A DNA stretch of 63,765 bases, counting the filler, from Collodictyon triciliatum (Eukaryota), in the NCBI GenBank assembly GCA_043381765.1. It is 7 parts of 7 records of this genome, joined end to end, with 100 filler letters (N's around TTAATTAATTAA, not from the genome) between each part and the next. Parts side by side here need not be neighbours in the genome. Positions count along the whole stretch, not along the records: positions 21,429 to 32,027 come from JBHJMP010002624.1; positions 32,128 to 43,939 come from JBHJMP010002625.1; 5 more parts are not named here. The stretch is one strand, 5' to 3'. Of the stretch, positions 27,752 to 42,640 are shown one piece after another. Position numbers and translations under genes: made by a program. The notes under the pieces are model-generated. The model saw only the letters and a list, made by a program, of their open reading frames with translations. It ran no database searches and had not been told where the DNA came from. Every line of letters begins with the position of its first letter. Position 1 is the first letter of the stretch.

Positions 27752-30700
27752 ATGGCCACGCCTACAAGAAAAATTGGGAGCTTGACACACAAGGATATCC
27801 TGGCTGCTGCTTCCATGGATCTCCCTCTCGTTCATGGAGAGCCTCAAACGCGTGAGAAACCCTCATAACCCATGTGTTTTAACCTAAACATTTATTCCTA
27901 TCAAATGAGAACTTTTTCAACGACCATTTATTTAGCTGCTGAATATACCACTGCCGGCACAAACGCCAATATTCGTCAAAACATGTCGTCAAGCTACATG
28001 AAATCTCCACAAAGGTAAATATGCTATAGTATTTTTATTTTATTTTTTATTTTTATTAAATCCTAAAAAAAAAAAAAAAACGCGACGGAGGTTCAATATA
28101 TTCTTCTAATATCTACTGCTTGCTTATATTTCAACTCACATAGCTTGAGATCTCCTCTTAATCGATACGGATACGGTGCCCAAATACCAGAGGAACAGAT
28201 GGGATATATTACTGGAAACCTTTCTATCAAGTTAGCATTCATTCTTCTTTAGTACCTATGGGCAATATCTTCATTTCAAGATGCACTAAACACTGTTGTC
28301 AGATAATCATGCTAAGCATTATCATTCACTAATATCTTTGAACGAAAGCGTTTGTGTGGTGAATTCTTTTTTTTTTTTTTTTTTTTTTTTTTTTGTTGAA
28401 CTCTAGAATAACCCTTCTTTCTTTAGCGGACGTGGAAACGAACTGGCTTCATCTTCAGTCTCACATCCTCCACGATTCACTCATGGGGCATTCGATCCTC
28501 AAGGAGACATGTCGTTTATATCGCGCAGGTAATTTTACCACCGCTGTTTTTTTATTTTATTATTATTATCCACTGTATTTTCTCCACCAGCATAGCAAAA
28601 CTTTATAACAGTAGACATACTGTCTTTGCTCTGTCATTTTTTTTTTTGTCAATTTCTATCTTTCAGATTCTATTTTACATTAACATACTTAATACCTGTT
28701 TTATTACGTTAAATCTTCAACAACAACAAAAAAAAAAAAAAAAGGATACTTTTAAATGTATTATCCTAAAGTATTCTAACTGCATTCTAATTATTCGATG
28801 ACTGCGGTCGCGCAGGCCGACCCAGCATGCATCTTACAATTTCCCTTCAGCAGAGCTCCTTCGCAATCAGAGCAATGCATATGCTTCAGTTCACGAATCA
28901 GAGGGTCTTGAAAACATGCAGGAGCACGATATTTCTCCTCAAGACACAAGAGGAGAAAATAGCACAAACTTGGCGAATAGGGTTGATGACATTCTTCAGT
29001 GAGTGGCACCTGTAATTCAAATGACGACGTAAAGTAAATGCATACCTCCATTTCGGAGATCTCTTTTATGTATTTTTGAATGAAATGTGCTCAACTTTTT
29101 CTGACAGCAATCTGTGACCCATTTGTTCTTGAACCAGGTCATTTGATCTTGGTCTGAAGACAGATGAGCTTCTTTCTAGGGCACCAATAACACAGAATGG
29201 AGGGTTGGTGCTAGGCTAATATACTAATTCTCTTCCATGATTTTTAGATTTAAAACTGCGCTTTTTTATCATCATTATTCATAAATGTGTATATTCCTTT
29301 CATGTAAATCCATGAATATATGTGAAATTATATCATTTATCTTTTATATACACCAGGAAACGATTTTGCATACAAAATAGGATGTCATCATGCTTGATTG
29401 TGTGTCTGATAAAGAACTGAATAATATCTTACAATGAATTTATATTAGATATAGTCGCGAATTTGTATTGAGCTTGGAGGAGCACTATAGGGAGCAATTA
29501 GTAACCCATATTACAACTGTTCAGGAAGCCACTCAAAGGCGCCTATTGCTCAAAGAAGATGAACTCACTCAACTACATGAAGTATACGTCAATCTCGTTC
29601 TCTTTTCTTTTCTTCTTTTCTTCTTTTCTTCTTTTCTTCTTTTCTTCTTTTCTTCTTTTCTTCTTTTCTTCTTTTCATATTTGCTCAAAAAATACATGTC
29701 TCGAAATGTAAGAGCACAAAAAACGATGATCAATTATATTGACACTTCATTATCGAATGCAAACAAACTTGATCTTAAAATAGACCGTAAGAGAAATGCA
29801 CGAACTTTTCTCAACCAAAGAGAAGTCATTATTGGAGGAAAGTAATACACACTCTTCACGAAGCAAATAAAAAATTATCTTATGTCTTGAGATGCTCACT
29901 CAGATGAGATCAACAAAGCTAACGCATTTCAAAGAAAGTAAGAAAGAAAATTGTAAATCTCCTTACGAAGTTGATCATATTAGTTGAGAGACTCCACAGT
30001 GATAAGAAAGAAAACGACAGTAAAGTCAAGGATGAGGTAAAGTCCTGTTTATTTCTTATTGACATTTAAATATGCTACGGTCGATTACTCACTTTAATAC
30101 ATAGATTAATTCGATTCAAAAGCAAAAAGAGGAGGAAATCGAACTATTGGAAAAGAGGTATTTGAATAAAGTGTGAATAAATCATAACTTTTGAATTTCT
30201 TTTAAGAAATATACTGCTAAACATAAATCAGACACAACGAGGACCTCGAAAAGGCTTCCATGGAAAGCGAAGCTGCCATTAAGTATGCGAGAAAGTGCCC
30301 TAATATCACCGATCTACTGTATTCTTTGTTGAACTGTTAGCAAGAATAAAACGTAATTAATTTTTTTTTTACAACAGGCGAGTTTGTGAATGGGCTAGAA
30401 CTCAACTTATTGGTTTGGATTCGAAGCTTGAAACTCAAAGAATAGCCTTCCAGGTATGCATTTACTCAACAATGTAGACGGTGCCATAAATGTTGAATCC
30501 GAATGAATCGAATTATTCAATACCTACAGAAACAACTTGATTCTGTGGAAAGCGGGAAGGCTCTTGAAGTTTCCCGTAATATTTTATCAATGTATACATT
30601 TCGCATCATTGGAAGAAAACATGTGTATCATATAATTATAGAAAATATTGCTTATATGAGATCTTTGATATCCATAAAAGAAGTAACAGAATCACAATCT

Positions 30701-31901
30701 CTGAGGGTGCTCCGCACATGTGGATAGTCCGGATATTTGCTATGTTTATCCTTAAAACAACTTTTTAATGAAATAGGAATTCAAGACCAAAAAGACCAGA
30801 GTGTCGGGGAGATTCGACAGTTGCTGGCATTGACAGAAATGAAGCTGCTTGAAGCTCGGAAAGAAATCGAAGCGATAAATCAGGCTCGCCAAGATGGTTA
30901 TTCATTTTACAAATCGACATTCCATATCGCGGGCATTTTTTTCATATTATTAACTCATTCTGCGTTGGTCGATCAATTTCAGACTTAACGACATTAAGAG
31001 GCCAACTAGAAGATTGTCTGAAGGTTATTCAAGAAAAAGACGTAGAATATTCGAAATCGGTAATGTTTTAACCCATTATTTATCCAAAAAAAAAATGATT
31101 AAACTTTCATGCCGAAAAGTAACCTTTGACCCCTCTATATTCCAGATTCAAGTTTTGCAAAAAGAATTTGCTCATAAGGAGGCGGAAATACGTAAGCAAA
31201 TGCAACAGGAGAGACTTACCAGAGAGGTACTTATTAAAAATTTTTTTTATCTCTTCCAATACACCTACCCTTGAGTTCCCGTTCCGAGATGACTTTATGT
31301 GGACTATTTATTTCCCTCAGGTTGATAAGCAAGAACTTCAATACCAAGTAGAATTATTACGAGAGAAAATTGTAAAACTGCAGAACTACATTCGAGTTTG
31401 TTTGATTGAGTTATATTTATAGTTATGTGAGAAATACTTTAATTCTGAGATTTACAATTCTTTGTGTTCGTTGATGCTGAAAAAAAGTTTATGTGTTCTC
31501 TATGAAGGATACTGAGCAGCGCTATATGGCCGAAATCAAACACCTAACCGATGAAAATCATCGAGTTATATCCGCTTTTAACAACGCTCAATCGGTATCT
31601 TTCATTTTTTTTTATTTTGTCTGCTGAATCCCACGGATAACTCTCTTGAACTTCTCTTTACATTCTTTTACATATCACACCAACTAGGTATGCTATCTTT
31701 AAAGCAGACTAAAACGTTCCTCGCCTTTAACACACATGATGTAGATAATTAATTTTATTTCGTATGCGCAGCAAATACAAATGGACTCCCAGCAATATAT
31801 CAAAATCACAAATATGGCACGTGATTACGAACGGGAGATTACTATTCTGAAAAATGAGCTACTGCTCACTCAGAACGAAGAGCGCCGTTTGCGAGAAGAA
31901 A
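27752..31901 (+). CDS. Uncharacterised multi-exon coiled-coil protein; 3'-partial (runs into spacer)
   Basis: Short GT-AG exons give E/K/Q/L-rich heptad sequence, e.g. LEEHYREQLVTHITTVQEATQRRLLLKEDEL, IRQLLALTEMKLLEARKEIEAINQARQ and VDKQELQYQVELLREKIVKLQNYIR. Confidence 0.75.
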
Positions 31902-31961
31902 GTATGTAATTACCAGGAGTCCCTATCTCTCCATTTCTTTCTCCTCTCTCTCTCTCTCTCT

Positions 31962-32027
<66 letters not shown>

Positions 32028-32127
32028 NNNNNNNNNNNNNNNNNNNNNNNNNNNNNNNNNNNNNNNNNNNNTTAATTAATTAANNNNNNNNNNNNNNNNN
32101 NNNNNNNNNNNNNNNNNNNNNNNNNNN
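32028..32127. other. Artificial contig-joining spacer
   Basis: 44N-TTAATTAATTAA-44N. Confidence 0.97.
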
Positions 32128-32245
32128 AAAAGACAAAAAGACAAAAAGACAAAAAGACAAAAAGACAAAAAGACAAAAAGACAAAAAGACAAAAAGACAA
32201 AAAGACAAAAAGGCAAAAAGACAAAAAACGAAAAAAACGAAAAAA
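32128..32245. repeat. (AAAAAGAC)n repeat at contig start
   Basis: Read directly. Confidence 0.9.
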
Positions 32246-32601
32246 ACGGGACACAGTCTGAAGAGTACTTCGATCGGTTCAACCAGTGCATTGATAATGT
32301 TGGAGGCCCCCGTTTTCTGCACTGCGCAACCGAGTCTTTCTGAGGCGATCGATGGTTGTTTTCCGCTCCGCCGCGTTGGTGTGCGAGTGATAACCACAGC
32401 GGGAAAGGAAAGGCCAGATGAATGAAAGAGTGTGTTTTTGTTCGCAGCTTTCGTCACAGCAGAATATTCAGTCTTTTAGCCCATATATGTATAATTATTA
32501 AATTTAAATAAAATTCTTCCTAATGATCTATTGCTGTTTTTAATATAGAAATAGTTTGAGATCTTATATACTTAACTGGAAATCGTTATGCACAAGGCTG
32601 G

Positions 32602-32632
<31 letters not shown>

Positions 32633-32783
32633 CAAAACAAAACAAACAAAAAACGCAGACAAAAAGAACAAAAAGAAACAAAAAAAAACCGGCTTAGGAG
32701 AAAGCAGCGAAACAAACATCGGCCGTGGTCTCTTTGCTAGTAAGCAATATACAAACTTTACTAACGAAACAGACTTCAAAAGA

Positions 32784-35700
32784 ATGTCTGTAGCGCCAGA
32801 CTTCCCACCAGGTGTGCTGCCTGCCCAGTTTCGCGACCTAACCGAAGGTGAGATTTTGTTGACTTCCAGCACAAAGTCGATCGAGAGAGTCAAAGTCATC
32901 GAACTGCGAGGCTTTCATTACAAGTCTGCCGTGGCTTTGCAGTCGTGTATTCGGTTGCAGGTTTGTTAAAGAGAAAAAAATAAATGAGTTGACTTTTCCT
33001 TTGATTTGCATATTTCGGTGTTGAGTAGCCGATTCGAAAATAAGGAGCAGAAAATAACTCTTGCGTGACGATAGATAAACAAAAAANNNNNNNNNNNNNN
33101 NNNNNNNNNNNNNNNNNNNNNNNNNNNNNNNNNNNNNNNNNNNNNNNNNNNNNNNNNNNNNNNNNNNNNNNNNNNNNNNNNNNNNNNNNNNNNNNNNNNN
33201 NNNNNNNNNNNNNNNNNNNNNNNNNNNNNNNNNNNNNNNNNNNNNNNNNNNNNNNNNNNNNNNNNNNNNNNNNNNNNNNNNNNNNNNNNNNNNNNNNNNN
33301 NNNNNNNNNNNNNNNNNNNNNNNNNNNNNNNNNNNNNNNNNNNNNNNACATAAAAACATAAAAACATAAAAACATAAAAACATAAAAACATAAAAACATA
33401 AAAACATAAAAACATAAAAACATAAAAACATAAAAACATAAAAACAGCCTTGCCAATCTTCTCTTCATATAACTTATATTCGTCTCTCGCCTCAGAGCCA
33501 AACGATGCATTCACTTGAATATCGCTAGTGTAGTTTTTATGAAATTTATGAGTTCACAATCGATTGCTGTGCCAGCATGTCCGTGATGATCATGATTTTT
33601 TTTTTAAAAAAAAAGGTGTGCATCATATCGGGCGGATCACTATATCGATTAGATGGGATTTCTGCCTGTTATAGAATTCGAAAGATGGACTTATCAAATA
33701 ATAGGCTTGATCGTCTTCCAGATAAGCCAAACTTTTGGGAGTCATTCCCTTTTCTACAGGCACTCTTTATGAACATTAACTTTTTCCAATTAACCCTATC
33801 TAAATCTACGAATTTCTCCAAACAATATGGAATGCGTGAAATTTCTTACCAAAAGATATAATGTAGATTCTGTTGCTTCATGAAAATCGCATTTCCTCAT
33901 TAAAGAATCTCGACTACCTGGTGATTTTACTTTTGTGATAAAGCTTTCAGTTCAAAGAGCACATTATATCGTCAGGAAAAACTTGACTGTCTTTTATTAA
34001 TATATTTTTCTTTTCTTTTCCCCTTTCTTTGATGATTGTTAGAGGCATGCCCCGTCTTTGTTGGCCCTCACCCTGCGTGACAATCCAGTCTCGATGCAAA
34101 AGAATTTCCGTTCGTTTGTTGTCAATAGCATTCCAAGTCTGAAAGTATTAGATGACCACGTTGTTGGGGATGAAGAAGTTGTCGAAGGTTTTTTTTATAA
34201 AAAAAATTACCAATATGTTAATATCTGTAATTTTTCTCGTTCATATATTTCCAAGTTCATAACCCGCATGGTTGTAGGAGGGGACTTCACGTCGAAACTC
34301 TTCAGGTCACTTGACGAGTCGATGAAAGTATACCACTTCATTTTATGCTGCCGACTTGTGCACCTTATGCCAAACCCACATGAATACTGCAACCCTGCTT
34401 ATGTTTATCAACTAATTTTCTTAAAGGTAAATTATCCCGTCGTCCCGGCAAAGTCACCTCTAGAGCAGCACATCCACGCCATCGACTTGTTCTTCCAGCA
34501 AGTCAACCATATTCTTAAAAAGAAAAGCCCAATACTGATAATTCAGGTTTTGCTTTGACTCTGAGATAATCTAGATGGAACCAATTTACTCTACTATCCC
34601 CTTCAACCAAAACTTACACCATCTCGTCTTGTCATCTATCTCTACAGAGAGTTTACCGCGGATACCGAGCTCGAAAAGTAGCCTTTGAATTGAAACGATT
34701 TCTATATGGAAAGGCAACCTTAATACAGAAACTGTGGAGAGGATTTAAAGGAAGAAGGTGACTTTTATATATATCACCAATAAACAGTTAAATTTAAAAT
34801 GTTAATTTGATCTTTCGAGTATATATGCTGCCTTGAACATAATTCAACGCACAAAATATCTATTTGTCTTTTTTAAACCAAAAGCCTATTATGTGTCAAT
34901 TCAGATTGGCGAAAATATTCAAGATGAAAACAATTGCTGCAAAGAAGATACAGAAAGCTTTCCGTCGATTCTCCATGCGAAACAAGCGTGTAAAAAAGTA
35001 GCAATTCAAATCAAAATGACACGTTCTGATTGTTATTCTTAAATAAAAGCACGGCTCATTATGTTTTCAATTAGCTCTGTGAGTCTCATTCAGCGTGCAT
35101 GGAGGGATGCTAGAAGCCGACGAAAACAATTGGATAATGAGCTTCTCAAGAAGGGATCTGTATGACAACTAATTTTTAGAAAGATTTCACATAACCTTGA
35201 AAATCCAGATCTGTATACAGGTCTGATTTAAGAAACAAAGCCCATGGAAGTTAAATCCAGTGCTTATTTTTTTATTTTTTTTTGTTATGCTACAATGCTA
35301 GGCCACCTTTTTCTTTTTGGAGAAAGACGTCTGGGCAGTTCGCCATATGATTAAGTTTGCATATAAGATGGCGAACAAAAAACAGATTGGTAATTTGGTG
35401 TTATATTCAAATATATCAACCTCCGCCATAAACTAGAGACATAATGCCATGATTACCTAAATTTCTCGTTTTGTTGAAAATTAGATGATGATACCTTGAA
35501 AAGAACAAATATCAAACTGTTACGGCCTGTGACTCTGAACCCCAGATACCGCTGGACTGGAGAAAATAGACTCCCAGGTTTCCACATGATTACAATTTTG
35601 TATTAAAAGTAATCAATCTTCGATTTTATTCGATATGTATCCCAACCTCCCTGTGTCTTAAGAAGAACTGATTTATAGCACTCAAATCCAACATTATTTT

Positions 35701-38573
35701 CCCCCTTTCTCAACAGGATTCCTGATCCAAAATCAATCGCCCCATTTTTTCCCTCACACATTCCGCACGCTGAAGCGTTTCCGCATTCTGGCACCGAGTG
35801 GAGGAGGAAAAGCCATGTTCTCTAATGAAATTCCAATTCATCGACCCCGTTCTTACACTCGGTAAAAGCATATAACAACGTTCTTTTCATTCGTCTCAAA
35901 GTACGATGACGGAATGTATCAAAAAAATCTTTTTATTGATACATTCCAAAATAAAAATCCAAAAATATACATTTCTTTTCATGGCAATTTTTATGTAACG
36001 AGAGTCAAGAGACGAATTGTGCCACCTATTCCTGCGCTTAATAAATTGATTTCGTTACCTCTTCGAATTTATAGACCTATTGTTGCCAAAAGATGGTCAG
36101 ATGGCCTCAAGTTCAACCTGGACACGAGCTTTGTGCCAGTAAATGAGAACAAAAATTATTTGTATCGGTGGACCTGCTCGGTTCATGGAATCCCGTCAAG
36201 AGTGCTTGGATATATCGTCATGTTTAACAAATCAACTTTAGGAGCCAGTTATCTAGATTTAAAGTGATTCTTTTATCACATGTTATTCTGGCTCATGAGA
36301 GGCTATGCAATTCAATACAATATTCTCTTAAAAACAATCAACATTATTTGTATCGGGTGTCATAAACTAGGAAATCCATATCAAAGCACTTTGAAATGCA
36401 TTAGATCGCAAAATTATGACCGAATTGTGGTTCTTAAAAAAGAGCACGTCCTACAGATTCAAGCCGCCATTGTATTACAAGCCGCATGGAGGAACAAACA
36501 AGATATTATGACGTGGGAATCTTATTTCGTTCCAGATATGTCCCATCCATTTATGTGTCATTTATTGGAAATGGGTTAGCTAATTTTTTCTTCATCCCTT
36601 TGTAACTCCATTACGCCCACCAGGAGTGGTACCGATGCATACTTTAGGGCAGTCAACACGCGTGCAGTTATCAGAATTCAACGTTGGTGGAGATGCTTAG
36701 CCGCATCATGTTATCTTGATGTCCTAAAGAATCTTAAAAGATCATTGAGCCAGATGTGTGATTCTGAGGTACTTAAATTTGAGTGAGTTATGGCGCGTAT
36801 AGAATAACAAAAATTCTTTAGCTCGAAGTATATAATGTGCTTATTTTAAGTTACATTTTTTTTATATAAAATAAAATAATTAGTTGATTGTAGAGGAGCC
36901 AACATGGAACTTTTTGAAAACCCTTTCGACTCAAAATATGTCTACACGAGGATTTACCTTTGCTAGAGAAACCAGACCTCAGTAATATACTCGATAGTAT
37001 GAAGCATGAGCACAGTATCAATTTTGTCCCTGAAACAGGCTATTCCATATGATAATTTGTTCCTTTCTCACTTCTTTCATCATATACTAGATTTGTAATT
37101 AACCCAGCAACAAAGAGGGTTGAATTACATCCCTCAATCCGCCCTTGGTTCCCTCATTACCTTGCGCGACATTTCGAGTTCTATAAAGGCCGAATTGCAA
37201 GTAAGTCTTTTATCTCCAAGTGTACTCTCTTTGAATTCTATTTTATAGCAATGTGATTTTTGAATGACTTGACATGTTTGTCTCTATAAAGCAATCATGC
37301 CAGCAGACGCATATCAGCTTATTTCGGACGGATTGGAAGTGTATTCTCGGGCTCTCTCATCAATTGAACCCGAAACTGGAACTACATCATCGCCAATAAC
37401 GAGTACAAATCAGATTAGCACACGAGGATCTATGGTTCGCAACTTCATGTTTTTCCAACACGACAAAAATCAGAAGGGGGCTGTTCGCTTGCCATCTTTC
37501 AAAGGAGAGGACTCGTTTCACGGATCTTTCTCCCAAAATACGAGCCCCATTAAGTCGAGGTTTCGGTCCAAGCATCCCTCAACAGAATCCCAAGCAAACT
37601 TGAAGCCTGCCAACGACATCGTCATCCGCTTTCCAGATAGGAAGGAAGCAAAACTTCGCAGGATGCTGCTGGTTGCATTGACATATTCTATTCGCCCATA
37701 TATCCCTGGCGCTACGTATACACCTGCGTCGATTGGAAGGCCACCATCGTCCTTCGTAACCCTCAAAATGCCGCGTGCCAAGCTGGAAATTGACGCTGCC
37801 ATTCGAATCCAGGCAGCCTGGCGAGGCTGTGTTGCTCGTTCCAGAGTAAAGCAGATGAAAACGGGCGTAGTTGGTTTCATGCTCGGGCAGCGAAAAGCCA
37901 TTCGCGACTTGGAATCTCGTGTAGAAGACTTGTACGACCAAACCATAAAAAGTGCTGTCCAGATACCCTCTCGTAAATCCCGGCCAAAATCAGCCGATAG
38001 AAGCCAAACCCAGGCAAATAGCTTTATGGACGAAAGAACCAAAGGCCGTTCAAAGACTTCACTAGGTTTTGTTGACGACTCTCGTACCTCATCAATGAGT
38101 CCAAATATTGAATCTTCTGTGGTTGACAGTCTGCATGGTAATCAATCCCTTTCGACAGTTGCTATTATCTCTCCCACGAAAAAACCGTCATCCCCATCCC
38201 ACACAATCCGAGATGCTAGCTCACCAGTCAAATCGAGCAAAATGGACCAAAGCGAAAGCTTTGCTGGACATTCTTTGAAACGCAACCAGAGTCCGATTAT
38301 GGATTTACATGCCTCTTTTCAAGAACAAAATCCTGTCCGGGATAAATCCGATGTATTAGGTCCTCTCGCAGGTGGGGCGACGCCTGCCAAAATCAAGATG
38401 AAGTATCCCAAAAGAGACGCAAAATTTACTCTGGAAAGACTCACAGCCAAAATAAAGGAGATTGAAAAAAAGATTCAACAGCAGGAGGAGATTGAAAAGG
38501 GAAAAACAATAATGGAAGACCACTCTGGAATTGAAAGGAGATTACTGAAGATTGCATTGGTAACCATAATTTC

Positions 38574-38625
<52 letters not shown>

Positions 38626-41600
38626 TTCACTTTGTCGAAATGCCAGCATTTCCGCCTCCCATTCGAAAGTGTTCATAATTCATTTAATTTTACACGGACT
38701 CCTGTTTGCTCAATATGGAATAGCTGAACGAATACATGCAAGAGCAAGCAAATAACTTGGTGATAGGTAGCTCGCAGCCCGCAGTTATGTCTGCACCTCC
38801 TGATAATGAAGAAGTACGATTGGGCTGATATTGAAAATTTATTGGCATATGTGCAAAGTGTACTTTCTCAAAAGAGGACATATATCCGTCCGGGTTTACT
38901 CACTTACAACGACCTAGATTATGTTGAAAAGAGAAGTGGCATTGGTTTTAAGGGAAAGAATGTACGAAATAGAGGAAGAGCTCAACACCCAAACTCGAGA
39001 GGAAATGGAATTAGTATACGATTTTCCCTCTTCAATTATTGTGCTTGTTATTATTTTTGAATAATGTTTCCAGAATTTCTGTCATGAAACCGGGTCATGG
39101 TTGTTCAACATCTATCCATATAGAAAGCAGAGGTAGGAAAGCAACACCTGAAAGAGTCTTCAGCCTCACGGAACAGGATACTAGCTATAGCTCAAAGCCT
39201 TAAGGATGCGCATAGAATTCATCTGGTATTGTGCATGTTGTATATTGATAAGTAAATAGATGATACTGAAAGTTCTGAATGTGTATTTATCACGAATCAC
39301 AGGCCACTAAAGTTGGGTTATCACCAATGGCGGACAAAGAAGCGGAAATGCAACAAAGACTCTACCGAGTTAGTGAACAGACTCTTCATGTCAATTTTTT
39401 TTTTCACTTGGTCTTAATACTTCTTTAGCCCAAGAATTGCCCTCCGAAACATACATGTCGTGTGTGTTTTTCTAAAGAAATTTTCCGTTTTAAATTGTTT
39501 GTATCGAAGGTGGCACGGATTCGAGAGGAGCATCGGTTGGCGAGAGAAGCACTTTCAAAATTCTTTGAGGAAACGAGACATGAAGTTATTTTGCAGGCAA
39601 AAGCTGAGAAGGCAGACATTCAAGAGGCTCTTGAACTTCAGTATTTGTTGGACCAGAAAAAGGTAGCAGAGATTCAAGACAGGAAAATACACATAAAAAC
39701 CCACCAGGATAAGAAGCATTCGGACGTAGGATTTTCTCGTGCTTTTGTCGCACAGCAGAACATGGTTTCACGTCATATACGCATGAGTGGTAAGCCTTAT
39801 TTGTTGATATGGTCTCATTTTCTGTCGGATTATGACAAGAATACATGTCGATTACTGCGCAAATACCACATTTTCCCAATCTGGTATACACATGAGACTT
39901 AGATTTATGATTTCCTCTGCAATTTTCAGAATTCATCTCAAAGTTAGAGCATGAAAAAGCAAGACAATCACAGATGATTCAGGAAGTCAAAGCCAAGGAG
40001 GAGAAAAGAAGGCAACAATTTGACCAATACCTCCAGCAAACACAAGAGAAAAGAAAAGCAGATATGTTAGCCATGAATAAACAACTGGAGGAGCGAATCG
40101 TAGCTGAAGAGCAAAAACAGGTAAATGTCTACTACTTTTTGCACTCTGGAACCTTCCAGGTACAAATGATGCGACAGTCAACCTTTTGTTTCTGTTTTGT
40201 GATTGAGATGCCTCTCTTTGGAGCATTTTTTTTCGGTAAAGACGCCTTTTTTCTTTCTATATTTCACAAATAATAACCAACAGGCTTATTATTTTACTAT
40301 TATCATAGATTATAGATTTACAAGAAGCCATTAGAAGAAGAGAAGAGAGAGAAAGACAGCAAATCCACTACTCTACCATAAACTCCAAAGAGTTTGAATT
40401 TACCCAGCTGTACGTCCCAACATCACCAGCACGAACCCTCCTCAGCAAGCACGGTGCATTGACCAGCCCAAAGAAAATGCATCCAAAGCACGATCTACCA
40501 CACAGTCTCGATTTCTCTGCGAACGGCATTCACAGCATTCTTAACATTCATCACTCGGCCCAGTCTCCTGTTGCACGCGCTCAAGCCCTTCAGCGTCATC
40601 ATCCGCCCAGTGAGCACGCCACTGAAACATCGCGTCCAAATAGTGTTGATAGGGTGCCGGACGAACGGCCATCGGGCACTTTTACAGTCATTGAAGGCAC
40701 ACATGGACGGAATCACTCTCCTCACGCGGCTGACAGGTACATCAGTGATGACGATGCTTTGGACTCCAGAAATCGGAGCGGCCTTGGCACGGCAACATCT
40801 GTGCGGCTCCCTGACTTTGAGCCCGACCCATCTAACATATATTACGGACGAGACCATCACACTACTTATGTCAAGCTGGCGCAAATAGACGACAACTTTC
40901 CGCACACTCCGATGGCCAAAACTGCCACACCACAAAAGTCTCTAAGAAATCCAGGAAATCGGCGCGTTAAGTCCAGAGGAGACCGATTTTCACCAGACTC
41001 TGACAGACACTCGAGCGCACCTACTTTGGGGCTGTCCAATACACAGAATCAGTTAACCACCTCCTCAAACCAATTCCTGAGCCAGAGCGGGCGGATGGCA
41101 AACTTCCACGGCGAAACACTTCCGTCTTTTGATTCAAAGAAATCGGAGGATTATTCAAAACCTTGGAATAATGGAGCTAAGAAGAAAAAGAAACGGTCCC
41201 CGAGGAAAAAATCTGATGTTGGAATTGTATTGGTACTCTTTGCATTTCTTTACATATCTTTTTTTAGGAATCACGATTCGATGTCCTTTATCCACTTTTC
41301 TGCATTCATTTATCGATATATACCTTCGAAAAGTATTGATTTTTTTTTTACATACCTTTTGGTATAGGAAGTGCCCGAAGCAAAGCCTGATATTCGAAGT
41401 AAGCTGCTTTCTCCGTCCCCTTTTGAAGATGCCCAGAAAAAGTCAAAGGAGAGCAAAAAAGCTCCAAACCCTGCACCAGGAATCAAAGATGGACCTCTTT
41501 CGACCCTTCTCGATAGGTACAACACTGCTTTACTCTTTTCTTTCCTCCAATTTATTTTCGCAAGATTGCCTATTAGTTTCTTTGACAAAAATGAATATCA

Positions 41601-41703
41601 GAAACGATGGATGCAAGTAACAAGAATGTCTTGTATCTCTATTGCCAGACGCAACCAATCTTTTCTCGTTGTCATCACTAATTTCGCAGCCTTTGTTCGG
41701 TAA
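32784..41703 (+). CDS. Leucine-rich repeat and IQ-motif protein (LRRIQ3-like) with C-terminal coiled coil; last exon uncertain (stop at 41703 or 41775)
   Basis: SDS22-like LRRs (IRKMDLSNNRL, ILLLHENRI, LLALTLRDNPV...FRSFVVNSIPSLKVLD). About 7 IQ motifs (IQRVYRGYRAR, IQKLWRGFKGR, IQKAFRRF, IQRAWRDAR, LQAAWRNK, IQRWWRCL, IQAAWRGCVAR). Coiled coil with FSRAFVAQQNMVSRH. Intron 1 spans an internal N gap (33087-33347). Confidence 0.75.
33348..33446. repeat. (AAAAACAT)n repeat in intron 1 of the LRR-IQ gene, next to the internal gap
   Basis: Read directly. Confidence 0.95.
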
Positions 41704-42529
41704 AATCGTCCGTCAGTTTATTAATGGTCATCCAACTTTCCCCACGTAGCGGTTTTGATTTTTCAGATCCAATGATTCACGACATTCTGGCGCGAGCGGC
41801 AACAAGACACATGCCACCCGAAGGATTTTCGTTGCGCGCTGTGAGCCCGGACCACTGAGCTTGCGAAAGTCCGCTCGACAGAAAACATCGCCTGAAACAC
41901 AGCCGCTCTGTTTATTTTGTACTTCGTCTCAACTATAAACAGTTGGTCAAAGCAGTCATAATTTGCTTGAATCCACCTGTAATCTGAAGCGAAACCATCT
42001 ATCAACATACATTATAATTATACTTTGAAGTCGATATAGCACACAAACAATCGCAGACGCAGTCGTTTCGGTGGCAGCTTCTGCCCTTAGAATCTTGCCA
42101 TTTACTGCAAATAATGTGCTTCACCCTTTTCCGCACTAGGTTATACGCGAATGGCGTTCATCACACAGCTTTTTCCGCCCTTGTCAATCAGCTTGTTGAC
42201 ATGTACCCATCATTCCATCACAAGAAAAAAACAATGATCAAAAACGCGTCTGGATAAAACCCCAGGAAGTGACTGCACTGATTTGCAGCATTCACCTCGT
42301 TTACACGAAGACTTTCATCAGCCCGATCCGCTGCTAATCAATGCCAAAGCCGCCACTTTTTTTGCGCAAACTATCTGAACAAGCAAAGCGGACAACAGTT
42401 ATCGAGAAAGATGTTGAATGAATGAATGAGTAAATATAATTATCGAGAAAAGGCGGCTGAAGCGAAGTACTTGCAGAGGGCGTTGTTCTGTGGTTTGGCC
42501 GATAAACTGTCTGGGGTTTTTGTTTGTGC

Positions 42530-42640
42530 GTGAGTGTGTGCGTGAGTGAGTGAGTGAGTGAGTGAGTGAGTGAGTGAGTGAGTGAGTGAGTGAGTGAGTG
42601 AGTGAGTGAGTGAGTGAGTGAGTGAGTGAGTGAGTGAGTG
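42530..42640. repeat. (GTGA)n microsatellite upstream of the myosin gene
   Basis: Read directly. Confidence 0.97.

Noticed and set aside
42290-42325. CTGATGA on the minus strand (hammerhead core or C box)
   Set aside because: No matching GAAA with helices and no properly spaced D box.
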